NCBI RefSeq assembly: GCF_026571515.1
Contig: NW_026852804.1
Location: 1 to 64,000 of the forward strand
DNA: 64,000 nt
Source: Ruditapes philippinarum
Taxonomy: Eukaryota
Direction of reading: 5' to 3'
Notes under the pieces: generated by a model
What the model saw: the letters and a program-made list of their open reading frames with translations, nothing else
Databases searched by the model: none
Told to the model about the DNA's origin: nothing
Made by a program: the position numbers and the translations under genes
In this document: one piece after another, positions 38,869 through 52,600 of the stretch
Numbering within the stretch: the first letter of the stretch is position 1
Layout: every line of letters starts with the position of its first letter

Positions 38869-41800
38869 AATTATTTGACAATCTAAATAATCAGATAATT
38901 TAGACATGGTCTTGTAAAATGCAATGTAGACACTTATTTGTATGCACTAGAATTTGTTTTGGATTTTTACTTTGTTTTAATATATGACTGAGTTTTTGTC
39001 CATTGTCGTAATGACGGTAATAAGAAGTATTCTTATTAAACAAGAAAGCAACATTCATTCATATTTTTGTTGATAGGCAATAAGGCGGAAAGAGATAGTA
39101 CAAATTATATTTCATTCTCTTCAATATATTTTTCAATTTTAGAATGTAGTACGAATCTGTCTTGTTCAGCAGATATCGGAGAATATGAAGAGAAGGGGAT
39201 GATTTAATTTGCAAAACTCTTAAATCGTCCCTGCAGCCTCCGATCGATTGGCTCTTCAAGTGGAGAGAAGCGTTCTGAGATATGTAGGTTATTATCTTGC
39301 CTGTCGTCGCTTATACTAATAATTCATCATAACATTGTAATTGTACAACATGAAGTTTCTTCTAAATATAATTTTATTATTTTACTACCCAGTTTTGCTG
39401 CCAAGTTTTATGGATGCAAAGACGGACATACCAAAGTATACTATCTATTCACCAAGAGAATAACATTTTTTATAATTTACATAACAGTAAGTAATGTGAG
39501 ACTGTCTCATATATTGGTTCATTTGCAAGAAAACAAAACAATTAGTTAGCGAAAGTCACAATTTACATAACATCTAACCAATAGACTGAGTGGTAAAATG
39601 CCTTTAAGAAAGTACATGTATTTAAAGATAAATAAATATAAAATTCTTCTTTATGTGATTGTCTATAAATATCAGATCCCACAAAGGAGTGGAATAGTGA
39701 GAACCGAGGTACATGTATGAATCATAGTTGCTCTTCAATATCCTAAGAAAGAGAAGCTATCGATATGGAACACAATGACTTCAACCCGTCCGTTTGGTAA
39801 TGCTAGATGACCAAAATCTGATGTTACATGTATCATGTGACAACCAAGATTTCTATCATGTGGCATCACATTAGGCTATACAGTTAATAAACATCGTAAG
39901 TTATTATGATACGATATGTAAGTAATAGAGAAACAAAACAGAAAATGTATTAGACTCTGTTTAATCGAGCCAGTTCATAAGAGTAAGAGTCTACATCAGC
40001 CCACGCTGTAGTAAATACTAATTTTTTAGTTGTTTTGTACTTTCACACTCAGAGGAATCTGTATTTGTATATGACATATATAATTTGTAAGTGAAGTCGC
40101 AAATATAAATTATATAAAAAAGAAAAAAAACATGCATCTATTTATACACTTCGTAAATATGTACATATACAATTTTAATAATTTAAAAGTTTAAAGAAAA
40201 AATGATCGTTTTGCATTTTTATAATTTAACGTAACGGTTACTGGTTTACTTTTATTATGCCCAATGGTGCTGTTCAAATACTGTGAAAATGGCAAGAAAA
40301 AAATTGCCATGATAAAACACTTAAAATGATGGGTTTTAAAGTGATACAAAATCGAATGATGATTCCCACATGTAGAATAAATTTTCTCTTTTAAAGATTA
40401 ATGTATTCTACTAAATGTATTTGATAATACAACATGTCAATCAATATATCAGAGCAAATAAGTGCAGCATGTTAAGTGTAGTTTCAAATTGTATGTCAGA
40501 TGAAATGTGTTATAAAGTTCAACAAACAACAATATAAGAAAAACAAATCCAAATTTTAAAAAAGTATCGAAGCATGAAAAGGCAATTCTCCTTAAAAGGT
40601 ATATCTTTCATTACTAGATGAACTGTTCACGTCGTAACAATTACGTAAACATGTTTATTTTAATTCAAATTAAGATCTGGCTGAGTGTACATGTACATAT
40701 TATCTAGTTGCCATTGAAATAAATGCTTAAAATTGATAAATAATTCTTTCCATATTTGGTTTTACATTAATGCACACGTGTACAAAAGTTTTATATCATT
40801 CTAAAACAGACGAAACAATATGAAACTTTTTATATATAGTATTATTGTTTTGAACTAACATGTAATTGTCGCGAATTTGCCGGTTTAGTTTAATTCATAA
40901 CATGTAAGAATTCAAGTTGTGTTCATATTCATAATTATACCAGTGAAAAATAATATTGATGTTGTATTTTCATAAATAAGCAATCTGCAAATAGAATGTT
41001 TCATAACGTTAACAGTGTTTTAGTTTAAGATATGTTTTCAGAATATTCGGAAATATGGCAAAGCCGTGACACTCAGTTGCGTTTAATAAAGTTATCTGTA
41101 AACAAATCTATATTGATTAACCAGAAGATATATGAGCAATTATGGAGATACATGTATAAAGAAGTTTTGTGCAGGAACTTTGAAATCATGACAATTCCAC
41201 AATTGTTAGTAAGTAGGTTTTACCAGGTTAATTCCTCAACTGAAACATATACACGTAATATTATACATAAAGAAAAATACCGTGACATACGATTACATAT
41301 GGGTCTGTTGGCTAAAAAGGAGAACAATTACCTCACTCCCTGTCCATCCAACAGCATCCCATATATTCCAGTCATTAAGAAAAAGTGTACACTTTGAGTA
41401 AATTCCATATTTGAGTTAAATATCTTAAAACTACCACACAATCAAAAATAGTTGCTCTCCTGTTAATAACAAATCTGAAACCGTAAATTTATATTATTAG
41501 TTCATTTATTTGTTCATATTCTATACCAGGCAGACTTAATGATGATTTGACTCACATATCATTTATTATAAGATATTAAAATACTTTAGTTGACTATATT
41601 CTGTATAAGCTCACGGAAAGTATTTTGAAATTAATGTTTTCTTTATAAACTATAAAAATAAATCTAATATTTGTAGAAGTTTGTACAAATACTTGTTTTC
41701 AATTAACTTAAAACGTTATGAGAAGAGACATAAATATTGATTTTGACATAAGAATACGTTAACAGATTCTTTTAGTGACAAATAAATCTAAAGCTATTAT

Positions 41801-43963
41801 TCGGTTTTTAATGAATCTTAGATACATTTTCTTTTGTCACGAAATATTACATATCGTTCTCCAAATGATTTATTTGTTTCTGACTATAGAGCTAAGGTAG
41901 AATTTCAACAGAAAAGCCTTCGAAATATATTCTTAGAAAATAACAATTCAATTAATTCAATTTTACACAATATTCTTTTCAATAATATGAAAAAAGATCT
42001 ATGCAAGGAACAGATGAGCCGTTATTAAAATATAGATTTCTGAAATAAGAGATAGATAAAATAGTAGGGTTTGTTAAATAACTTAAAAAATCTTTAACTA
42101 AAATAATCTGAAAAAGAGCGATCCCTCTGAAGGATTAAAGTCAGAAGAATTACATGAAAATTACAGACTCGGTTTGATTGAGTCTGAACATAAGGGATAA
42201 AGTGCAACATCTCTCATGCCCCCCAGCACCGGCTTTAGCGGTACTCAATTTTCAACACTTGAAAATACCTCACAAGGGAGGGCGAAGGCGCAATGAAAAA
42301 CAACAAGTTGTGGTTTGCAAAAGTCATAATCCTACTTGACAGTCTCCAATCGATCGTCTCGCAAGTCAGAAGCGTTCTAAGATACATAATTTGTTATGCT
42401 CTCTATCTTCGTTGAAAGTGTAAATCTATTGATTCCCGGCTTTATTAACGATTGTGATATATGAGCATCCTCTAATAAGTCTTTCCTTGACACCAAGTGG
42501 CATTCTAAGTTTTATTGGAGATCGTGAAGGAATGTAAAACAATAGTAAAGGAATCAAATTGATGTTTCGTTTATGGGAAAGTCACAATCAGAGATACGGA
42601 CTAGAATAACTGTTGCTCCGAGACTGTGATAATATAGTATGCACAAGATAATTATGTGTTGCAGTTTTCAGAAGATGGCGTGTTAGAAAAATTTGGAATA
42701 ATTTATACATCTCATACACAGCAAAAAACTGTTGGTACGTGTTTATTAAAAGAAATATTTATGTGTCTTTTTGGAAGTTTTTTTCCTAATTGTATAACTT
42801 TTTTTTTAATTTTGTTATGTTGTATTTTTTATTTAGAGTTATTGTTTTATTTGATTATTTTCCTTTCACGTTAAGAATGTTCATAAAAGTACATGTACAT
42901 TGTACAATCAATTTTAAAGCATGTATACATGTATATATGATAACATGACATTTAAATTAACTCGGAAAATAAAGTTTTGCGATATGCATTTGATCAAAGT
43001 TAACAAAGTGAGAATTGCTCGTTAAGTGCTGCTTGATGTTTATTTGTTTTGACGAAATGGCAAAAACCAATTAGATACGGTTAAATTCGTCTGATAATTG
43101 ATTTTAAATATTAACAAAGTTCATGATGATTCCCAAATGTAAAATAAACGTATCTCTCTGTTCGTAAAGTTTTATGATGATGCAGTTGATAACACAATGT
43201 TAAAAATCAATACACCTAGTTCATATTATTACTACAAATAAATACATTGTACTTTAAAATCAAACCCACCGTACAATATAATTGCAACTCTTTTCTTCTA
43301 TAATGTGATAATATTAGATAAATGCTTTTACATACTTTCAAGGTCGTCGTATTGGCCATGACCCAATCAGAAACTATTATATATGATCTTGAGAAAAAAA
43401 TGGAAGTAGCTTCTAGATGTAAACCATATAAAGAATGTACTGTTACACAATTGTTGATGATTTTAGTTAATAGTATATGCATGATCTTAGGCCCTTAAGC
43501 TTATACAGGTACGCAAGGAGTCGGTAAGATGCTTGCGGAAAGTGATTCCTAAGTTGTGTATAACAAATATACACTGGAATATAAGATAAGATGTCCGCGA
43601 AATTGTTGCCAAGTGATATTATATCGTCATATATAACAATAAATATTTAACTTGTTTGAAAACTTAATTGTATTTTGGTGATTATGACTACGGGAAAATG
43701 TAACATTTTAGAAATTTCTGTCATTTGTTAGATGACGCAGGGTCTTTCGAATTGATTTAGTTTCAGTTTTATTTCTTTTCCCGGCTTTTTCCAACGTTTT
43801 CCAACTTACCGTAGCGATTGAGAGTTTGTCAATTTAAAGCAGTGTATTAGCCTTCCAAACTTTGTAGTTAACACATTTAGAATTTTCTAAACACCAAATT
43901 TATTTGAATAATTAAAACAGAAATACTATTAAAGGGGTGTGCTTTAAAAAAACGTTGAAACTA

Positions 43964-44577
43964 CTGTATGTGTAGAAATATTCGCGGGCTTCAAATTTTC
44001 GCAATCTTCGCGTTGACATTCGATCCGCGAATTCATGTTTAGCGCGAATATTTCTACACCAATAATTTCTTAATAGTCATATTTTCGCGCTTCTGTAGAA
44101 CAATGTATATCAGTGTGTGATATGCTTTCACATTTTTTATTTAAATCTTTACTGAGTAATTGTGTTTTGTTTTCCAAGTTATTCATCATTTTAAATCGTT
44201 TATGTTTGTGTTTTTTAATTGTTTGTTCAGAAAAACTAAAACATGATCTGATCAGATGTCAAGACGTTTATGACGCAAACTGTGAAAAATTATGCACGTA
44301 ACGGGCATTCTTTTGTTTGCTATAATCTGTCCGTTAGACAATGTCTTTTTTCTGTACATGTACAATAGAGTATTGTTTGACACCTGGTATTGAAAATAAC
44401 TGTGAACTCCCACGATGATTACAGTAATTTTCCTTTTTTTAACCTGAGTGGTCTACGCGAATTTATGATTTTCGGCAGTCAACTCCGCGAATTCAAAATA
44501 GCGCGAATATTTGTATAGACCCCCAAAGTGGACCTTTCCGCGAAAATTTGCTACCGCGAATTTAAATACACATACAG
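43964..44577. mobile_element. MITE with TA TSD (Tc1/mariner-like) and TTCGCG/CGCGAA subterminal motifs
   Basis: TA|CTGTATGTGTA and TACACATACAG|TA; repeated TTCGCG at left and CGCGAA at right. Confidence 0.8.
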
Positions 44578-45805
44578 TATATTATCTATATCTAAATTCC
44601 CAGGACAGACTGTAATTTATCAAAATTGTAAATATATATATTTCATGCTCATATCCAGCAAGAAGTATCCTAGAAAGAAACGGAAAACAGTTCGTACTAT
44701 TCCTAATTTGACTCGACATTGGTTCATCGATCTGTTTTCAAAGTTGAGAGATGAATGCAAAAGATACATAGCTTATTATATTTGTTGCCGCTGAGAGTGT
44801 CATGTATTGGTCGGCCGCTTCATCTACATAGCTAACATTGGAACATCTCCTATATAAAACATGTTCCTTGCGACAAATACTCTCATTCCGAGATGTATTG
44901 GAAATAGTCAAGGAATGTTAAGTTAGACAGATGCATTGACTTCTCTTGTGCGGCAACTTGTTGATATTGGAGAAATGGAATTACAAAAATTGTTGCGAAT
45001 TTATCTTGGATAGCATGGATCAAATGTACTAAATATCTAAAAGTATGCACTCTTTTATTGACAATATTTGTATTTTTTACGGTACGCGAATGAAGAGGTC
45101 TTAGAATTTCCATTTTTATTTGCAAATTTTCTTAATAATAATGCAGAATTTTGTAAATTAATGATTTTATTACAAAATGTTTGCTCTAAAAGTAATTGTA
45201 TGTTCACTATTATTATTGGCATTGGATTTATGAATAAAGTACACTGATTCCGGTAAGTTATATTTAACAAGATTTTATAAAACATAGTAAACCAGACGTG
45301 AAAACAGAAATTTGAAAGCAGATTTAAAAAAGAGTAAAAAGGAATGAGTTATTAATTTATTGTTCCTTATAAACAAACATCTCTCTGTTGAATTTTTTTA
45401 ACTATGATTTAAGAATTAACAAAATTCTGCGTTTATCCTTTGATGTTCTCTTAGCATGTTACGTACTTAAATTACAAACTCTTGTAAGTTTAAGGAATTA
45501 CTATCATACAGCTAATGAGAACTTCTGTATCTATAATTTTCATGTAATGTCTTGTTAGGTAGCACACTTTATCAATATTTCTAAATACCAATTATATTTA
45601 TTCGTCACAAGAAAAAAGTAAAATATGTATGCTTAAATTACAACATTGTTGAATATAATATTTTTGAATTTAAACAAAGGTGCAAAGAAGCCTGACGAAA
45701 ACCTAAATTATTCAAACTTGCAATGTTTTCAAATGCTTCTCTATATAAATTTGTTCAATACATAGAATATTTCTGAATGTCAGTGTTTTTCCTAAGGTAT
45801 TCACT

Positions 45806-45897
45806 AGCTCGGGTTTCAAATAGTGCATGGAAGGCACCCGATGTCTTCATCTTACAGTTAAGCTAGAAAGTCGCCATATCACCTTTACAGTGTTGTT
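45806..45897 (+). mobile_element. SINE 3' fragment (mollusc-type tail); related pieces at about 16488-16548 (+) and 54703-54740 (-)
   Basis: TGCATGGAAGGCACCCGATGTCTTC..GTTAAGCTAGAAAGTCGCCATATCACC is shared in part with GTTAAGCTGTGAAATCGCCATATGAC at 16488. Family assignment is from recall only. Confidence 0.5.
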
Positions 45898-46412
45898 TTT
45901 AAATGAAATAAATCAACAAACTGGAAATCATTATTCATGAAAATTAAATGTTATATGTCTAATCTGATCACTCTCAATTTGTTTAATTAAAATGAATTAT
46001 TCATTAAACGATATTTATTTATTTATCAGTTAAACCATACATGCAAAACGTCTAATAGCTGAAATGCCTGCTACATTTCTTTTTATATACCTGGCAAGTA
46101 TCAAGTGATATGTGGGTTTTTTCTACTGGAAGAAAGGATCGTTATATTGAATGTTATGAAAATTAAATCTCTATCAATACGTGTCACAAAAAAATTAATA
46201 TAACTCCACAAATATGAAGAATTGAGTAACGTTAATAAGAACAGAATATATCTTAAAATCATCAAAAATTAATAAAATTGTGAGTAAACGCTTAATATTA
46301 TTTGAATCACAAAACAGCTGAACGTTTATATCTAAAAAAAGATTTATCGATTATTTCAGAAATTGCCTACTGAAATCTTGCCAGAAATGAGATGAAAAAT
46401 TAATTGTTCAAA

Positions 46413-47427
46413 ATGGTACAACTTTACTACTACGAGACCAGAGGCAAATGTTGCCGAAAATTTTTCAATCACGAAGGAGTCCCTACCAAAATACACTTAT
46501 TTCCCTATGAAGGTAATTCGTAAAGCTCGTAAAATTACTATATAAAATCAAAAGAATTGATATTCCAAACTACAGCATGTTAAGACATTTGTTTATTCCT
46601 TTTCAAAAAAACTTATATTTCTGTACATTTTACAAGTTACATATTTATATCAATTTATATTAACTGATATCTATTTTTGTATAGTAGCAAAAATCATACA
46701 GCACAATAAACGGGATTTATTATAATTTTGCGAAGAAAAGCTCATAATGAAATACACTTAAATATAATTATATCTATAAATGTACGTGTGTAACTACATA
46801 AGACATAATAGCCTTTTCTAATTAGCCATTGTCAATAAGTCCACTAAATATCCTTGTAAATAAGATAAGGAATTGTTTAACTAGCAAAATTAAAAATCAG
46901 CGCGTTTCATAAAACGTACGTGCAAAGAATGAAATACCATATCATTCAATATTAAGAATGAATAAACCCATTTTCAAAAAGTGTTGATTGAGTAATTCAG
47001 TATTTTCTTAACCTTGTTGTACAGCGCTAAAACCAAGTTGGAACCCTTACACAAACTATAGTGATGAATATGAATCTGTTTTCTTCTTCTACATTCAGGT
47101 TGGGCTCAACCAGCTTTATCATCTTATTGGATGTTGAAAACCTATTGGTGGAGCAGAACACGTGTTAAAATTACAGAAGTCACCGGTTCCCAAAGACATG
47201 AAGTCAAAGGGAAAGTCCATTACATCAGAAATGGATCTGTTGTCATTTCTGGCAAAATCAAAGATAGTAAAAACGAGGATTTTAGGATGAATTTAACATC
47301 GAATGTCAGTAATGCAGATTTTCAACTGGGATATTGCATCACAGGAACTCTAGAAAGGGGAGACAAAAAGTGTGAGAAGGGATTGACTTTAACACATTAC
47401 GCTATGATTAAAAGGAGAGGCTACTAA
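46413..47427 (+). CDS. Two-exon gene, 142-aa uncharacterised protein (exons 46413-46512 and 47099-47427)
   Basis: ATG 46413; donor GAAG|GTAATT; polypyrimidine acceptor TTCTTCTACATTCAG|; phase-1 intron joins in frame to give MVQLYYYETRGKCCRKFFNHEGVPTKIHLFPYEGWAQPALSSYWMLKTYWWSRTRV..LTHYAMIKRRGY*. Upstream acceptor at about 46359 implies a 5' UTR intron. AATAAA at 47846. Confidence 0.85.
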
Positions 47428-49680
47428 ACTGTTAATTATAGTAATGTCAGTTAATTGTGCCATAGACAAATTATTTTGTTAAACAAGTTAGATATTTAAA
47501 TTTTTAAAAATTGTACTGCATTTTTATTGGTAGTTTCAATATTTTGTTAATTTGTTAAATGCTAGCTTACAGTCCGTTTTGTTTTGTTTGAATTTGTTTA
47601 TTATTTTGTTATAAATGTTTTGAGAAGTTTGTTAAAGAAAAACTGTCAAAGGTTTTGATTATTGTTAATCGTTAATCAAAATTTTAATTTACTATATAAT
47701 TGACAAGTGTTACAAGTATTTAAAATGTTAAAGTCTTATTGAAATGTTTTATACACCGAAATGTGCTGTTTGTGAGAGAAAGCGTATAAGTCATAACATG
47801 CTAACTATTACTGCTTTGAGTATTATTAAAAATTATTCTTTCAAAAATAAATATAGTTAAAGTAGATATCGTTATTATTTTCTTTTAGACATGAAGCTTC
47901 TAAAGTATTGAATATTAGTAAAAGACAGGCGTAGACCATCGACAAAATCAGCTTTGGAAACGCTTGATAATATGTGAAAAAGTAATGAAAATATAAAAAC
48001 TCTGATATAAATAATCGTGACTAACTATTCATAATCATTGTGTGACATTAAGAGATATCTGGTCATTTTTCGAATCCATCCAATAGAAAGTGGTTTTATT
48101 CTTCGGTATTCTCATCTTTGTAAAGTTGAATATTATGATATGGTAATGATTCAAACGACAACAACAACAGCAACAACATCAGAAGCCAAATCTTTCTTAT
48201 TAGTATTTGATTTAAAGTAAAAGTTTGATTTAACTGAAGGTTAATGTTGAAATAATTCAATTCGTGTCAGTTCCAAAGTTAGATTACTTTCTTTAAGGAG
48301 TTTTCACGTAAATAGTATTAAGTTACCAATAACAAAATCGATCTTACTGGTAAACAACTCGAATTGTTACAAATTTTCTAATTGTTAAATACGGTTTATT
48401 CATGATTCAGTAAGAATGAAAATATTACTAACTAAATGTTATGTTACTAGCTGTGCACTATTCAATTATTTTGTAATATCACATGCTACATGGGAACCAA
48501 TACGTTTTTGGAACTTTCATTTACATAGCCAAAACTTCAATATGAATATGTGTTCTTACTTAATAGAACTAACGTTTAGGCGGTTACAAAATAATTAAGA
48601 AAATATATCTAATAAAAATATAATGAGAATTCAAATGTTGTTTAAAAATATAATCTACCACTATGTATCACAATATTTCGTAATCATACTACCTTTGTGA
48701 TAAATCATTTGGCGTAAGTAAAGTTTTATAATAAATAATTATGCTGTGCACAAGATCTTAATAATATATAGCATGTTTCCTCGCTAGATTGAATACAAAT
48801 TCCGCGACTTTTAACCGAAAGTATTTCCGTTGTTCGTTTGACTTGAGCAATATCACATTGTTTCTGACGACTTAAACACGTAAACAGAATTCAAAAGTAT
48901 TTTTTTTTAACACACTTCAAATGGTTTAGCTCAGCTCTGAAAACTTATCTGAATAAATTTAAATGAGCTAAATAATAATTTTGGACTTATGCCGAAATAG
49001 CTTTTTATAACGATTGAGATTATACATGTAGAAACAAAATTATTTAACCTTAAAAATATATTATAGCATATTTCTTTAAATATAGATTTATAAAAGTACT
49101 TTTTAGGGCTGATATACATTTTCATAATTTCTGTATATGTGCCACTTGCAGTCTGCCTGCTATATAAATGTCATTCGACCTGACAGTTTCCTATTAGTTC
49201 GTAAACAATAAAGAAGAAACATCAATAGCTAATGGTGATAAAATCATTCACTTATTGTTTTAGTCCACGATCAATGTGTTTAGTGTGGCGTGATCCGTAA
49301 TTACAGTATTATTGATCGCTGACTGTATTTTAAAGGATTGTTTTCAGTGTTCCCCGATGTATTAAATTAAAACCACACAGTAATGCGCGTCACTCCGTAT
49401 CATTTCGCAGAAGTGTATAAAATTTTGCCTCAGAAGCGCATTCACTACACTGTTATCGTTAAATGTGACTTTGCAGCAATTAGAAAATAAGACTTTATTA
49501 CAATGATTTTGTCGTCCGATATCAAATATACGCAAACGGTCTTAAATCAAAAGAATAAACATTATATAGAATCCCGAAAATGGAACAGCCATCGGAAGCA
49601 ATAAAAAAGTCATCATTTTCATTTCTTAAGATACAACCATATCATTTATTGATTCAAAGGAAAACAATCCGTAATGTCAG

Positions 49681-52600
49681 ATGGCAACAATACCTTTCTG
49701 CCCGCTGACATTGCCTAACGGGCCTCTCGCGCGCATCGGATACCGGAGGTTTGGTAATAAGTTATAATGTTTAAAAACTATATTTTAGTAATTGATTTGT
49801 CTGGCATAAAAAGTAAAAATGACATCCAACTGCGGGTGATATAACAAAATGATCACAATTGGTCAAGATAATATCCAATCCAGATAACGTCTTGGTTGAC
49901 ATCACTTGTCTTGGGTAATCATCTCGTTCCATCAACCTCAATGGGATGTGATATTTATATAATATTGAATAATTGTTGTTTGTCATGGGTCATCTTTGCA
50001 GACGCATAAATTGCTTAAGATAATTTTCTGTTGATAACTTCTAGGATTGATGGTTTCCTTCAGTTACATGTACATAGCTATGTGAGCTTTTGTCTTGAAG
50101 AAATGCGAGAATAGAAAATAAAGAAATAATTGCACGTTATATTTTGAAAACCGAAATATATAAACACTATATTACAGTTCCAAAGTGTTCATATTTGATG
50201 ATAGTAAATACTGTTACATGAAATCAATGCAATGTTTTTTTCAATGTATTAAAGCAAAAATAAATTATTTAAGGAGGATAAGCGAGATACAAGAATGTCG
50301 ATTTCAACCGTGATATTAAAAGCAAGTATTGTGGGGATTGCATTCATTGAACGCCGCCTTTTCTTGTGGATCTTGTTTATCATATTTTAAGCAAAACACA
50401 CACTATTTTGCTAAAACGTTCGTATAACAAATTAAGAATATGCAATGATGATACTAAATATACAAATCATATTTTTTGGGGGAAAATAAAAACAATAAAA
50501 ATCCTAAACATAGTTTCAAAGGAACAGCAAATTAATTGATCAATCATACTTTAGCTTTATATACTAATGTAATAGATGCCGCTCCTTGACGCACATCTTA
50601 TTTAAATGGTTCTTGTTTCAGTCCGATAAAAAAGAAAGATCAAAAGGTAATGTTTATTTAAACATTTATTGAAAGTTTTAGTGCCTGATCAATGTACCAA
50701 ATGTTGCATGAAAATATATCGACTATGACTGCGTGCTTTAAGCCTTTATAACATTTTATTACATATTTTGACTTGCATGATATTCCAGAATTATTTTATG
50801 TTATATCGTTCGTATGTATTTAAATATTCTGTTGGTTATACTTTATTTTACTTATTGCCTCATGTCCAGTGCTATAAATAATGTACTGAGAGAATATTGC
50901 TGCTGTACACGAAATGTCTACAGACATCTTAATTAAAGGTCATCCGTAAAGATACATTTATCACTTGAAATAGTTATTTACTTTCACTGACCATGGCTCT
51001 TTAGTAAAAGTAAATGCTAAAAGCACAATTCAATTTGATTAAATGCTAAATATGTACAATTTCAAGATGTGTTTTCTCTAATATCTGAATAGTCTAGAAA
51101 CATATTAGTCAATGATAAATATGTCAACTAATACAAAACCTTGAGGAGCAGTAGAGATGAATGTTTTCTTAAAACACATTAAAAATTTAAAATTGTTTAT
51201 AACTCTGTGCAAAATTGTATTGTTGTACTGAAAATAAAGACATTCTAAATTTTACAAGTTCATGTTAAATGCTGAATTCTGCTTAAGCAGGCGCTCAGGA
51301 CGTAAACGGTAGCTCGCAATTATCACTACCGTCCATAAACATGACTCGATCAACCTGAGCTTGCAACATTTTCATTTTTTTATGCCGTTTTGGACTTTTA
51401 TAGGGATCCTTGTTTATTCTATCTTCATGTATAACGTGTATGCAATAGTTTCAATACAGTTTTATACGGTTATATCTCATTTAATCATTTATGCCTTTAA
51501 ATATGTAGTTCATTATATGAAAAAAATAGGTCAACAAGGTAAAGGCGGCGTTCAATGATTGCAACTTTAGATTACAAAAGATTTTTTTCAAAAAAATGTT
51601 TAATGAATTTAATATTTAGAACAACTTTCATATAACATTCTACCTAATTTTGACAAGAAACAAACTAAATGAGACAAACAATGCAAAATCATTCACAAAA
51701 TGACATTATTACCTGTCCTGACACCATCTTAAAGTCTTTAATTTATACTTTTTTCCTTATTTTGTTCAATGTTTTTGATGGAGAAATATGAAAAAAGAGT
51801 GTGATATACTAACAATCAGCTAATAGGTACGTTTCTGTATCACTGACAACATGGACTGCACCTATGTCTTTTTCAATTATTAAACATTCCAATTCGCATA
51901 AGCATGTTATAACAGTATTGCAACAACTGATATCCCTACAATGGAAATATGCTGGTAATTACTGTGTACAATTTGGGCATAATACTCGACATACCATTTG
52001 CCACAATATGTGAATAAACAGACAGGTAACGGATTGCAAGAAACATATTTTTACCATTGAATCATTAACAAATTTCACTAGTACAAATACCATGCATAAT
52101 GTTGCAGCTTCAAGCGAAATTTTCGCCGCAAATTGAAACAGATAAGCACATTTTCATTAATTTTTTACTTAAATGTGACGTTGGAAAAATCAGACTAATG
52201 ATATCTTTAAATTGAACTTGTTCAGATATGTTCGGCGGCCTTTTTAGCCAGAGGAATTAACTGGTACATTTGTTGTGTAACCTTGGTGATAAATGTAATC
52301 CCTAAAGAACGCCAAAAAAAACAACAACGACAAACTGAAAATGTTACAGGCTCGGTTGATTGAAACAAAAATATTAATCGGGTGATGTTAAACGAAAGTT
52401 GCCATTTTCAAAGAAAGTTAAAGTAGATCAACGGATCATGTTGCAATTTTCATTGCAAAGGATTGTCTAGCATTCCTAATATACAAACATAAGAAATGGA
52501 GACGCAGATGTGTCAAAACATAATAGAATTCATAGAAACATATAAATATATTTATATTTCTAGATTTAAAGAGACACTTACCACTCAGGCAGACGCTATT

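Noticed and set aside
31896-45285. Numerous 60-120-aa AT-rich ORFs (also most between 48 and 60 kb)
   Set aside because: Ile/Phe/Lys/Tyr-rich composition typical of random AT-rich DNA; no splice context or motifs.
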